A stretch of 64,000 nucleotides of DNA, taken from NCBI GenBank assembly GCA_951406725.2, contig OX597838.1, forward strand, positions 10,168,001 through 10,232,000. The letters are read 5' to 3'. Origin of the DNA: Octopus vulgaris (lineage: Eukaryota). The notes beneath the pieces were generated by a model, which searched no databases, was not told the origin of the DNA, and saw only the letters and a program-made list of their open reading frames with translations. This document shows, in pieces, positions 10,901-22,530 of the stretch. Position numbers and translations under genes: made by a program. Each line of letters begins with the position of its first letter. The stretch's first letter is position 1.

Positions 10901-11039
10901 AAATAACGTTGGTCAACTTAGTAATAGAACTAACAGGAGGTCTTGTTTTCATTTTGACTTTAATGGCATCGGGTTCAGTGTTAGCATCTTTTTCTCTGTT
11001 ATCTGCAGCAGCAGCAGACTGGAGAACATCCATCATCAT
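4956..11039 (-). CDS. Large multi-zinc-finger protein (dispersed C2H2 and atypical fingers), 2027 aa, single coding exon; probable nuclear chromatin or transcription regulator
   Basis: 6-kb uninterrupted ORF with many CxxC...HxxxH motifs (e.g. YPCAHCSIQAETSEKLLQHMDLH, FICPFCEHSCKQRVDCKIHIWRVH), poly-Asp/Asn tract, Ser/Thr-rich linker, basic NLS-like clusters and a PLNLS motif; upstream acceptor at 11460 and downstream donor at 4873. Confidence 0.93.
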   Translation of the reverse strand: MMMDVLQSAAAADNREKDANTEPDAIKVKMKTRPPVSSITKLTNVISSCVTVGKKKQVHSIYNSTNAIKKRRYSHIINAHKTQVENTKTDNEKDNDKNKNNNNNNKNNDDDDDDDDDDDDDDADDGDRDIRLKPKLYIDESRMETEEKQTGKHADSDDVCNVESKLAKTTELPTEASKDKETTDGTAKKSGISIPELAKKENNVKGCKDRFVRKSHDTSVQPNMSPDSTTYIGDDISLQKIQRKVSFIYVKNSFICLKCMKKFCGASLFRKHLWWHLHGNTSKDYLCPYCNSLTEKSKCPTVSKIVRLLISSASDSSISLETNSVFGFEKISHASGNGPHKNTVSQQLNNSDYYSWEKLKSKQVISSSVLEHGVGNVAGLYDSGKTNKPMETTDQVFTISDDAPLNLSISSAHKTNLSSDSKSISVYGNTEASLPKNYSQNSYHTFPNVEQNQLVFSGTHGIYFCQDCNSSYESTKSFYAHVLWHLECQLALCSSCMDQCDYLDSPTEKRPGRTCCLMAYIVLCLSEDNALKKQLKLCWKRDEKHNLTFTVYVTMEGNTAEPADVCQIIPSDGHSGYSVRKLSIKDTIPPLVSSQERLPVFNSSDLSSLITHSDKSVPNTGRKSKGVITIILCQNVYECLNCKEELYSHDLLISHLLWHFHSHDHLCTYPNCLTKRSCPVLNNVLPCIPVLDSSFNVQIPFFISWEVLPTGKTHFSVHFMNRYNKDKTEVQLNLSGRLSPASKDSGICVDYDKGSRNLIRLKTTSPEAVSLTCLKKTRNTEEISSGEKPALSDVQGFSSNAVLDKEKHQSLSHTPLSQKKSAPDNLTEVDNVPSQSNSETDPNDKKSSFEGFEKMSFICKSDQYICLDCSKRFIALTHFKSHIMWHFHVLKKLCSHGDEQTFDCPILRNIMLCLPDSDKMTKTVEIHWKKESSGKTTFKVQTYYLKPAKPKVNLESHIDFTADNSDSDTVIVIDDIDDNEMLLRQSASSVSFDSSTSADTASSQQETTPPLTAATNNTTSSTGATVTANKENGYGSSTSISTTTLTEDSVCSPVTEEGNGSKTFPAVLEENSVCSSATNLTQVSTCTAAATSANDTIHTPSTPHIDSGPYSADGVHNSPPYTLAINTSSIPAPSTISITESIRTSPNATEQNSVQTPTAAPTEDPYNLVSPNGVSDTVPPTSTNGSESRRAITDDQSLGCEAKSVDEHSSVGGFYVCGLKDCKFSSLTPEPFSKHFTQVHSDATIYPCAHCSIQAETSEKLLQHMDLHATNKMFLLYQCSILSCKFGTNLRAEFSNHLQFCHQSKSTYSCRYCKVGHPDVNSLIKHFESNLLKFIHCPHCNARDTSRIRILNHIKLKHSEKPRQIIVSSQIICAEKKLNAKDTEKKTAHKANEKLVRSESNSDSSKATKTAEFTDDSTHEKIFDTSHSFSKEGKTDESNVMGKESAKELTAALQSYLDDNISLKQRKAIQRKERLLANSTAGPAKKRKYVKRKTGKDKTKATGKPPVRKLKIVLKRVDNSVISKSDNKDTSASASPKVTTPPYKERNVFQLFNEIGNNCQVNSSSAISSAECQGAAAPNIDENARSLDNEKLTEEEASSEPSSPNIKETWFNEISLGGPMLNSRLKICFTTEQGKYKCLLCCSIFSTVYKIHLHLLSDHFHWPLWNCMDCGVRFYSLSKIRSHCWRKHKFKDHNIKPLPLPLITMGDNGKPFVNTTKPLSDSERRKSTEDESGEVTAGNKKAPSSDGKEISPVKSKKKKKSVKVPSKKTCKLCSFSYKKKMELIIHMVLSHNQELKNSITEKEVTLIEESIIRDESGKFICPFCEHSCKQRVDCKIHIWRVHVGLKYLNCQHCNFVTWFSSCLQKHEQEEHKAEGHATPEDAGLAVQKSHGTDSTRPNYGPQPVSPSVNGFLEENAPEQTHLPTVVMTLSAGDATTAGSKRKGKEPEEATKKLSKKSSVQHKRKVWKKNKSPQKKSVPRLPKTGTESKNNTKDANNLVKSRADVTSTILSLLQQTQSESTLTNDQTS

Positions 11040-12099
11040 ATCTGTACTCTAGTCAGTTGATTCACTGTTTACATAACTAAAGTGAAACCAGTCTTGAAGT
11101 TTTAATCTCTTAGACACACTTTAAATCCATGTTAACACAAGTCACAAACTGCTGTGTCAGACTATGATTATAAGGAAAAAAAAAGGGGGGATAAAATACT
11201 ATTTCCTTTTCAAAGCTGTTTGTTCTAATGTTCGCTTGTGGACTCAACAGATATTACTGGGTACTAAATACTTTCTTTGAGCGATAGAAATCTTTTTTAC
11301 TTTTACTTTTTTTTTTGTTGTTGTTGTTGTTTTGTTTTTGTTAATGAAATTAAGAAATATGTTCTCGAATGGAAGTCTTTTAATATCGAAGTTCCAGGTT
11401 CCAGAGAAGTGAAGTCAAATATCCAGGGTTGTGTCCGATTTCAAATGATCTTTCATAATCTAGAAAACACAGAAGCAGAAAAAAAAAAAAATATATAATG
11501 AAAATCAAAAGATAAAATGAACATATCAGAAATTATACAACAATGAAAATTTCCTGCCTAATAACAGATTTTATCCTTAATAATATGAATAAGACAGCAC
11601 GCAGGCAGAATTGTTAGCATGCCAGAAAAAAATGTTCATCATTATGTTCTGATGAAGGATCAAGTAGGTGTATTAGCTTGATGCTTGGGAAAAATAGGGA
11701 AGTCACTGACATTTTGAGCCTTGACAGAAAGGAATGAGAAGAAAAAAAATGGGGAGAGAGAGAGAGGAGAAGGAAAAATGTATCTGGATTAATGGTTCCA
11801 CTCACACACACATACATACATACATACAAGGTTTCTTTTAGTTTCCCTCTATCAAATTCCCTTACAAGACTTAAATCAGTCTGGAACTATAGTAGAAGAC
11901 ACCCATGCAGTGAGACTGAACCTGAAACTATGTGGTTGGGAAACAAACTTTTAAACCAGTAGTTTTCAACAGGGGTCTGTATGACCCTTAGGGATCCCGT
12001 ATAAGGTTATACTTCTACATTACACAAAATAGTTTAACAATTTTTTTAAGTAAAATTTCCAATAATATTTAGTTATAAAAATGTAATAAAATTATTTAA

Positions 12100-12320
12100 C
12101 CCTTTCGTTACCAACCCGGCTGAAACTGCCTCTGGCTCTTTAGTACAAATGTCTGGTTTTCAAAAGTTCTGAATTAAAACCTTCCACCAAACCTTAATCA
12201 CAATTTATGTCCCTAATTCTAGCTTAATGATAACGATGTTATTTTACTTAATTCTTTGTTATATTTAACATAATTGGAAGAAACAGAGAGCATCTCAAAA
12301 TAAATTCAGTAACGAAAGGG
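12100..12320. mobile_element. piggyBac-type MITE (copy 2), nested in an older CAG-ended MITE (~11958-12406)
   Basis: TTAA|CCCTTTCGTTAC...GTAACGAAAGGG|TTAA; the host element has CAGTAGTTTTCAAC / GTTGAGAACAACTG ends. Confidence 0.8.
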
Positions 12321-12819
12321 TTAAGCACCGAATGGCTATGGGAGGGTTCACCCAAGTAAAATAGGAATCAAAGAGGTCCACAGATAAAAACTGGTTGAGA
12401 ACAACTGTTCTACATGTCTGTTATAAACCACAGAAGCCGACTGAGCTCTTCACCATCTTAGAAAGGCTTTTATCAAACTGACATGTAATAACTTGCTGCA
12501 CAAGTTAACATAAAGATATCACTTCTCAAATCGGTCATGAAGTCATTGACACCTGAGAATTTGTAACTGAACAGTACAGGTGATATTTACTAATAAACTA
12601 ATAATTGTACTATTTTATGGATTTAATGGAAATGACATGGAAACAAAAAGTTGATGGTAGTAAATACAAAACACAAGTTGTTGTTGTTTAATATCAATAA
12701 ACTGGGTTTCCATGACAACTGGAAAAATACCAGGTGAGAGTAGAGGAACTGGAATTGACATCTTCAATTCATAAACTTTTGAGGAAACAGAATAAATCTC
12801 CTTTTCAATTGGTTCTCAA

Positions 12820-13213
12820 TCTCTCTATATATAAAGCTGAAGTTGTCTGTGTATGGCAGGTTTGGTAGCCTTCAACTAACACTATCTCCTCCGAGAAACT
12901 GCGGCGCAAGTTGACCAAAATTGAGAGTGTGATAGAAGAAAGCTTGCTCTTCCTTCCACAGAAGAAGAAATTCAAATTGGACCATGTTAACACCAAAAAT
13001 TATTTACATCAAAAAGGTGCTTTTTTTTCTATGAAAATCCTTATTTTTTACTATTTTTTTGACTGCTGTGTTGTCATTTTTCAGTGTATTTCAACCAGAA
13101 AAATGCTTACTTAAAGAGAATAACAAGATACATAATGCAAAATTTTTACTTTTCAAACATTCCAATTCTAAAGGGTCGAAACAAACCCGAGCAACACCGG
13201 GCGATACTGCTAG
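12820..13213 (+). mobile_element. Non-autonomous Helitron
   Basis: 5' A|TC start followed by TATATATAAA; 3' hairpin CCCGAGCAACACCGGG ~10 nt before terminal CTAG|T; no TSD. Confidence 0.75.
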
Positions 13214-15106
13214 TGTACATATAAAGCTATAGATAATAGAACGTAAATATTGATTTCAAATTTTGGTACAAGGCCAGGAATTTCAGGGAAGGGATTAAGT
13301 CGATCACATCGACCCCTGTGCTCAACTGGTACCCATTTTATTAACCCTGAAAGGATGAAAGGCAAGTTTGGCCTCAGAACATAAAGACAGATGAAATGCC
13401 GCTAAGCATTTTATCCAGTGTGCAAACATTCATATATACATACACAGATATATACACAAAAGCACACAGATACACGCACACACATTCATACATAGACACA
13501 CATTCACACACACTAACACATATACATACATTCACGCACACATATTTCCCTTTCTATTTGCTGTGTCCTAAATAAGCTTTTTATTAACTACAACTTGTTC
13601 AGTTACCTATGTGAGACTTGCTCCAAACTTTTAGGTCACCTCAGTATGTTTTTTTTTGTCATCTTGTTTCAGAGGTTTTTGACCACAAAGAAAAGAGGTG
13701 GGGATGGCAACATTCATGAAATATTTTATTATCTGGGTGACTTGTTAACAGACACACTTCTGTAAATAATACGAATCCCATGCTAAACTAATCAATGACT
13801 GAAAAACCACCAGTTACCAAAATGAAGCGTCTGTGATACTCAGGTTTGAAATCGATAACTACAAGACTACAAACTGATATTCTCTTTTACTCTTTTACTT
13901 GTTTCAGTCATTTGACTGCGACCATGCTGGAGCACTGCCTTTAGTCGAGCAAATCGACCCCAGGACTTATTCTTTGTAAGCCCGGTACTTATTCTATCGG
14001 TCTCTTGTGACGGCGACGTAAACACACCAGCATCGGTTGTCAAGCAATGCTAGGGGGACAAACACACACACAAACATACACACACATATATATATATATA
14101 CGACGGGCTTCTTTTAGTTTCCGTCTACCAAATCCACTCACAAGGCTTTGGTCAGCCCGAGGCTATTGTAGAAGACACTTGCCCAACATGCCACGCAGTG
14201 GGACTGAACCCGGAACCATGTGGTTGGTAAGCAAGCTACTTACACAAAAAGAACAAAACTAAACACAAAAAGAACAAGGAAAATGTGTATATATTTTTTT
14301 ATGTGTATCTACAATGTGTCTTGACAGGAAACATCATCCTTTAACATCTGTTTCCCATACTGGAATGTGTCGGATGTTTGGAGAGTGGCTGGAAAGCCAG
14401 GGAACTGCATCAGACTCTAATGTTGGGTTTCCACAGCTAAATGTACACAGAGTACAGGGTACTTTTTATGTGGCACCAGCATTACTGATGTTAGCAACTA
14501 ACAGGAAGAGTAGTATTGAGAGAGGTAGGTTTATGCCAAGTGAGGAGAGGTTAAAGTATGACGGGGAGACAGGAACAGGCGTATTGCTGTAGGGGAGATA
14601 CATGGTTACCCTGGTTGCAACAGGAGACCGATGGTGAAGAAGTTTCAGGGTATACCCTGAAGTTACAGGAAGGTGAATGAAGAGAATTGTTATGGGACCA
14701 CAAAGAAGGAAACAAATAAAGTTTGTAAATATTGTGAACATATTCTGGGGTGAATTTAATGATTGAGTTAAATGAGCGAAACCAAAATTAAAAGAATCAC
14801 ATGAATATTTTAATTTGAATGAAGGAGGGGCAAAAAAATATGGTGTAGAAACGAAAACAAAAACAAGGAAGTTAATATATGTATTAATGAAGGATGTTTT
14901 TTTCCTGTTATTTTATTGACTAAATACATAATTATATATAATCATAAGTAAATTACCAAATAAGTATATAAAAATCTGAAGAGCAGAGCACTGGCATGGA
15001 TGGCTGTGCAATAAAGAAGCACACTTTGCAACTATGTGGTTTTGAGTTCAGTCCCACTGTGCAGCACCTTGGGCTTGGAACATGGATGTATGATGATGAT
15101 ATTACC

Positions 15107-15165
<59 letters not shown>

Positions 15166-15168
<3 letters not shown>

Positions 15169-15480
15169 GAGGCACAATGACCCAGTGGTTAGGGCAGTGG
15201 ACTCACGGTTGTAGGATCGTGGTTTCAATTCCCAGACCGGGCATTGTGAGTACTTATTGACCGAAAAAACACTTAAAGCTCCATGAGGCTCTGGCAGGGA
15301 GTGGTGGCGATCCCTGCCGTACTCTTTCGCCACAACTTTCTCTCACTCTTTCTTCTGTTGGCCTGCTCGCTTAGCCAGCGGGGTGGCATCATTTAAAGGC
15401 TAAAACAATGCGAAGCACATTGTGACCAGCGATGTGTAGCAACATCTGATAGCTTGGTTGGTCATGGTGATCACGGTGAT
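15166..15480 (+). mobile_element. tRNA-derived SINE, family C
   Basis: tRNA-like head with A/B-box remnants (CAGTGGTTAGGGCAG...GGTTTCAATTCCC); central core shared with 35332-35662. Confidence 0.7.
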
Positions 15481-16439
15481 ATATTTATATATATAGCACG
15501 AAGTACTGAAGGATGCTGAACCTTCTGGACAAGATGACAAAGGACTGGGATTCCTGATACCTTGCTGTTTTCAAGAAAATCCGTCCTCCACGAGTCCTGT
15601 GATGGTGGTGTCATGTAAAAAACACTTGAACCAGTGCCACATAAAAGCACTGATACCAGAGCTGTGTTAAGGCCACCCAGCACACACTGTAAAGTGGTTG
15701 GCATTAGAAAGAGCATCCAGCTGTAGAAACCAAGCCAAATCAGACTGGAGGAACCTGGTACAGCTTGCCAGCTCTGGTCAAGCTGTCTAACCCATGCCAG
15801 CAGGGAAAACAGATGTTAAAGGATGATGATGATGATATATATATAAAATTTGAAATTCAACCCTTCAATCTGAATAACCATCAGCTATCTGAAAAACTTG
15901 AAAATCCTCACTTTGTTCTCAAACATAATGATACTGTGAAAAACATCTGAGAGGATTCTTTGTAAAATAATAAACTGATGGCTGAAATATAAACACCAGA
16001 CAAATAATTGGGCTAATCAGTGAGTCATGATTGCCATTTAAGAGACAATTATCATAATTAACTAAAATATAAGCTACAAAACAACAAGGTGATAAAACTA
16101 AATTGGCTGTCTGGTTTAACATTCCCATTTGACCCTTCACTGCTTTTAGCAGAGGCTATTTATTATGCTGGAAATATTTGGGTCAGTCTTAAGCTGGAAT
16201 TATAAGATAACTTTTAGGATATCTTAGATGGTTTTTCCTTCCCAGCCATACGATTCTGGGTTCAGGTCCATTTAATGGTACCTCAAGCAAAGTGTCTTCA
16301 ATTATAGCCTTGCGTCTACCAAAGCTTTGTGAGTGGATTTGTAAATGGCAACTGAAAGAAACTTATATATATTATAGGAAAAAATTATAGTGAACATTAA
16401 AATTGTGTATGTATGTATATATATATATATATATATCAA

Positions 16440-16963
16440 TAATAACAAAGGGTAAAATTAATTAATTAAGAAGTAATCAATAAATTTCACCAAGTAGGAT
16501 TCGGTATGAAAACAGCACCGCTAACACAGTAAATTTTAGTAATACTAATAAAAAGGGTTCGGCAAAAGAATTGCGTCGCCGCATACCGAAGTTCAGAAAT
16601 AGCAGCCAAAATCTTAGCCATTTCTTCTACTTTAAAAAGGGTCTTCCAGAGAACTCAAAATACTTGAAGTTTAAACACACAGGCAGAGGGTAGTATCCAT
16701 ACTGATGAAGAATACAGTTGGTAAAGTATATATTTTTTTATATTCTTTACGTAAGACCTAATTCAGAAACGCGCATCTGTGGATGATCAGATATTGATTG
16801 ATTTTCGTTTGCTTTACCCTCTGCCTGTGTGTTTAAACTTCAAGAATTTTGAGTTCTCTGGAAGACCCTTTTTAAAGTAGAAGAAATGGCTAAGATTTTG
16901 GCTGCTATTTCTGAACTTCGGTATGCGGCGACGCAATTCTTTTGCCGAACCCTTTTTATTAGT
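16440..16963. mobile_element. Penelope-like terminal remnant with ~147-bp inverted repeat and hammerhead-ribozyme motif
   Basis: 16546-16692 is the near-perfect reverse complement of 16815-16963; the spacer carries CTGATGA...GAAAC with closing stem ATCCATA/TGTGGAT; inserted in (TA)n. Confidence 0.7.
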
Positions 16964-17458
16964 ATATATATATATGATTCTATCTGACTACTACCTTCGT
17001 AAAGACAACAACATGCTTATACTGTCTTCTTCATAAGTTTGTCCTCCTAGTGTTCAGAATTTTTCTGTCGTCTTGGTTTAACAGCCCTCAACGTTTGCTT
17101 TTACACCCTTAATGTAGTTCTCAGGGAGATTCAGCATGACACTGAATGCGACAAGGCTGGCCCTTTGATATTCAGGTACAACTCATTTTTGCCAGCTGGG
17201 TGGGCTGGGCTGGAGCAACATGAAGTAAAGTGTCTTGCTGAGGGACACAATGCACTACTAAGAATTGAAATCAAGACCTTCTGATCACGAACCAAATACT
17301 CTATGCACCTTGTCAGCTAAAGAGACCAATAGAATAATAATATTGGACCAATTGAAACAATTAAAAGTTAAACGATAAGATTCCTATGAGGTATGGGTCT
17401 TCTGAAGAAGAGCTACTCCAAAACTCTACCACCAACTCCACAATCAAATTTCAATTAC

Positions 17459-17563
17459 TATAAACAGTTGCTTCAGTTCATTCACATTGCTATAAATAGC
17501 TTTCATAAATTGCCAGGCATGAAAATCGCACACATATCTCTTTATCTGAAAAACCACCTGTCC
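17459..17563 (-). other. Candidate internal 5' (cassette) exon of the zinc-finger gene
   Basis: Strong acceptor TTTTTTCTTTCTTTTCTCAG|GGA; donor uncertain (ATA|GTAATT at 17458); non-repetitive sequence. Confidence 0.35.
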
Positions 17564-20393
17564 CTGAGAAAAGAAAGAAAAAAATCACACAAGATTCAAA
17601 CACTTGTATATCATAAATGATTAGAATTACTCACCACAAGTATTTGAAGTTCACTCTGACTACCACCTGACAATTTATTCAAGCACCTTGCAATAGAAGA
17701 TTTACCCCTCATACCTAGTGCACACACACACACACACACATATGCCCCCACACAAAGATCTAAACATCCATGCACCCACTCCTACACAAATTACCATTAC
17801 CGCTATTATCATTTCATATCTGCATTCCAAGCTGACACGAGTTGGTCCAAATTTGATGCGATTGCTTGCCTAAGCAGGATAGAAAGAGAACACCTTGCTT
17901 GTACAATGAAGGATTGAATACAATGTATGTACTATGTGTTTCCCACATTTAGAATCAGTATAGTTTTGTGTCAGTGTGTTATAGGGGTGGTTAAAATGAT
18001 TGATGACAGGAAGAAGGTTCAACCATAAAACCCTGCTTCACAAAAATCCTGCAAGTCATACAAACACAGACATGAATTTGATCGTAGACTGACCATGTAA
18101 AGAAAATAAATGGATGGTTTAAGCTGGAGTACATTTAATTCCAAGTGTCTCACAGCAAAGATGACCTGGGGTTAAATGACAACAATGCTTAATTCAACAA
18201 GTTAACGAAGGAGTCTCTACATGGTCATTCAATCTGCTAGAAATCCCAACTGAATTTCCTTAAAAAGAAAAGAAAAAAAAAGAAGAAATCGCAGCCTTTT
18301 TGATTTTAAACTAAAAGATTTGATGGACAATGTAGTCATCATCATCATCATCATCATCGTTTAACGTCCGTTTTCCGCGCTAGCACGGGTTGGACGGTTC
18401 GACCAGGGTCTGGGAAGCCAGGGGCCGCACCAGGCTCCAATCTTGATCTGGCAGAGTTTCTACAGCTGGATGCCCTTCCTAACGCCAACCACTTCGTGAG
18501 TGTAGTGGGTGCTTTTTATGTGCCACCTGCACAGGTGCCGGGGGGGGGGGGGGGGTTTGTCCGGCATCGGCCACGATCGGATTGGTGCATTTAACGTGCC
18601 ACCGGCACAGAAGCCGGCCAAGGCGGCGCTGGCATCGGCCACGTTCGGATGGTGCTTTTTATGTGCCACCGGCACTATAAAACGACAACACAGATACTCC
18701 ACAACTTGGCTGGAATAATTTTTCTACAGATTTGCTCTAAACAACAACAACGACAGCAACAACAAAAGCAATAACACAGCAAACTCATGTTTCTCATGCT
18801 AAACTTGTACTATGTATGAAACTTGACAATTCTCTGAACAAATATCCACAGATCAGTAAGTAGTGCAGTAACTGTTACACGCTATAAATGCAGCTAAAAT
18901 GCAGTAGTAGTAGTAGTAGCACCACGGTCATAACCACAAAACCTCTTTCCTCCCTTCAAGGCATCAAGGTGGTATAGAAGGTCACAATTGGACTCAGTTG
19001 TTTTTGCTCCTATTAACATTGAACCATATTTTTTATTATTATTATTACTATTTTTTTTTTTTTTTGCTGACTCACTAATTGGTAATTTTAATTGAAATAC
19101 GTTTGTAACAGGTGTAACACTAATTAGGGCCATTAAACAATTTCTTAATATACCTATAGACTTCATATTTGAACTGCTAGCATGCCTGACAGTTGACTAT
19201 AATTTCATGCATCACTGACTTAGAACAATGCTTATAAAGCTGTTGTACTTTATTCAACAAAACAAATTATTTCACATTGAAGAAAAGAAAATCATTTCTT
19301 GCAACAGACTCAACACTGGAAGGGATCCATTGATTAAATCAACTACCGCCAGCCACCCCAATCCATCCCATTATTGATTTCTACTTTAGTTTATTGACCC
19401 TGGGAGGATGAAAGGCAAAGCTGATCTCGGCAGAATTTGAAATCTGACTATGAACGGGGGTTGTAACTAAAATATGCCAAAGCACTCTAAATAAATGTTA
19501 AAAATTCAGCATCCATCGGACATCTACCATAACCCCTGGACTGAGCAAGGCCCTTCTGAGTGGATTTGGGTAGATTCATGTGCACATATGTGTTTGTTGT
19601 GAGTGAGTTTGTATTTCCCTCAAATTTGCTGGTTTGTAAACAAGCTTTCCTGATCATGCAGTCTACCACAAAAGCATGTCCAGGCTTCTTGGCATGTCTT
19701 GACATGTGCAATCCTTCTAAATAAAGGTTTATTCAACTGGAAGCATTTGTTTCTTGTTCTATGCATAAAACGTATCTGCATTGTTTGTTGTTTAATAAAG
19801 AGAAAGAGACTATTTACTTTGCTCGTAAATAAATTGGACTGGCAACAAGAAGGGCGTCTGATTGCAAAAGAACTCTGCTCTGACATACTTTTAACTGACA
19901 TACTTTCTAGCACGACAGCAGGGAAAAGTAAACAGTAAAACGATGATGATGGTGATGATCTCCATAAGATCATTTTCCATGAGAAATGTCTTCTATCTTA
20001 TAGTTTATCATCATCATCTACTTGAGGGCAAAGGAACTTATTCAAAGCTATTTGATGTTTATGGCTATATGATCTCTGTATAGTTCCGTGTAAGAACTCA
20101 GATCACAGTAAAACTCATCTTGTAATTTTAAGGTTATACGTATTTGTGATCAAGATTGTTATCAACAGAAACTTGCTGACCATCCTCTATAAATGTCAGG
20201 CCGTCAGCAATATTCTTATTTCTTTATTGCTCACAAGGGGCTAAACATAGAGGGGACAAACACGGACAGACAAAGGGCTTAAGTCGATTACATTAGATGC
20301 ATTTGTATATGAAACGTCCTAACTTTCAGTGCTGGCTCTAGTTTCTACACAAAATTTTTAGAGATAACTTTTAAAAAAAAAAAACCAAAATGG

Positions 20394-20425
<32 letters not shown>

Positions 20426-20835
20426 TCACTTGCGCACATTGTATGGCCAAATGGTCAAGAAGGTCACCTTTGCAATCACAAATTCTAGGTGTCAACCCCA
20501 GTGTGGGAAAGTAACATTTTCTACAGTCTTATGGTCAACCTCTATCCTGTGAGTAAACCTGGGCAGACATAAACAACAGAAGCCGGTCAGATGGGTTCTA
20601 TCTGTAATTCAGCTGTACAACTGTGCCACACACAGTCATGCTAATTTTGTCTGAGAATTTTATGTTCAAAATAGGCATATCTATGGAATGCATAGATATT
20701 TACATGTTAATTTAATGAGTACGTTATTCTTTTGATGATATGACTGCATTTTCAATGTCGAAACAGACACGTCCACCCAAGTTATACACATGGATCATAA
20801 AAGTACACGTACACACACACACACACATATATATA

Positions 20836-20947
20836 TATACATAAAAGTAAATAAATGGTACAACGAAGCACCGATATTTACTGGAAAATAGCTATTTTCC
20901 AGTAAATATCGGTGCTTCGTTGTACCATTTATTTACTTTTATGTATA
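20836..20947. repeat. Perfect 112-bp spacerless palindrome
   Basis: TATACATAAAAG...GGAAAATAG|CTATTTTCC...CTTTTATGTATA, centre 20891/20892; flanked by TA microsatellites. Confidence 0.95.
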
Positions 20948-21009
20948 ATTTTACCCTCACGGGCTATCCTTTACTGGAAAGCAATACTCTCGTATTGCAT
21001 TACTATTTC

Positions 21010-21053
<44 letters not shown>

Positions 21054-22213
21054 AGCACATTAACATACATATAAGTACACACATATATATATATATATAT
21101 ACACTTGTACATATACACATATACATATATATACATATAATACACACACACACATACATACATACCTATATACATACATATTAATGTTTGTTTTTATGTT
21201 CAGTTATAATAAAAACAATTTTACATTAGTCTGATGGTTTAATCTATACTTCTCATCATCATCATCATCATCATTTAGCATCCGTTTTCCATGCTAGCAT
21301 GGGTTGGACGGTTCAACTGGGGTCTGTAAAGCCAGAAGGCTGCATCAGGCCCAGTCTGATCTGGCAATGTTTCTACTTCTGTAGAATACAAATTATTCTT
21401 ACGTAAGAAAAAGGATTAGGACTCAAATATCCAACCCTATCATGTGTGGTACCAATTACAAGGAACTGATATCAGTAAATACTCTATGCTACAACCAGCA
21501 CCAACATCCTGCCTGAACATGTGAACCTAAAAATAAAGAAAACAGCTGATATCACTTTGAAAGCTTTACTACCACATAACCAGAGCTGACTTGAAAACGC
21601 AGGCCTAACACATACAAGTTATTTTGAATTTCTTGCAAAAATTCTTATCTGTGCTCTCTGTGTCTGATGAGATGGATATGTCCTACATGCTCACAAAACT
21701 AAGTTATGTGGAGTGAAATCAAACCGTTCTGAAATATATATATATATATATATACACACCCACCCACACATGTGCGCATGCGTGCATGATTCATACAAAC
21801 AAACAAAGAAAAAAAAAGACAAGTGGAGTGGAGGAATAGGTGTGTGCAGGATGTGGGATGGTGGCCTAAAGTGGTGTAGTGAGTAGAAGAGAAGAAAAGA
21901 GAGGACAAAGTTCAACTACTGTTTGAAAAGTACATGAAGTGAAAGGGAAGGAGGAAGTGCTGATAAGAGAGAGAGGTAACAGGAATATTGTCAGGAAGGG
22001 AAAAAAGATAAGCAGACATTGTTAGAATCTGAATTTATTGGGATGGTTTCAACTGAAAGTGCTTGACATAAATTTAACATAGCTTTGACTGTTTGATCCA
22101 CACATCCAATGGGTTCAAGACATATAGCCTCTATGTTGTTTTGAAATAACAAAATCCGTCTTAATTTCATCCGTGTTGTCGTAATAGCATGTGGAGACAA
22201 TGGGTAATGTAGT

Positions 22214-22530
22214 CTCTCGTGGAAGCGCCATCCAACCAAAATGCAAATATATGGGAAACTACCACCTGTGTCATCTCTTGTGAAAGGTAGGAGAGTCCAG
22301 TTTGCTGGACATTGTTGTAGAGCTGAAAAAGAAGTAATTTCTACTCTTCTCCTCTGGAAGCCATCTACTCGCAATACCAGAGGGCGCACACTCTCCTACC
22401 CTGATGTAATCTCCAGGGATACAGGCATCCAGCAACAGGACCTCCGTAATGCCATGATGGACCGTGAAGTCTGGCGTAGCATGGTAAATTCCATTGTCTC
22501 GACCACGGTCGAACAATGATGATGATGATG
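22214..22530 (+). mobile_element. 5'-truncated RTE-like LINE 3' end with (TGA)n tail and TSD AATGTAGTC
   Basis: ORF QIYGKLPPVSSLVKGRRVQFAGHCCRAEKEVISTLLLWKP...AMMDREVWRS; AATGTAGTC present on both sides. Confidence 0.75.

Noticed and set aside
4956-11039. Assigning a vertebrate gene symbol (ZNF518/ZNF644/WIZ)
   Set aside because: Only architectural resemblance; orthology cannot be shown without a search.
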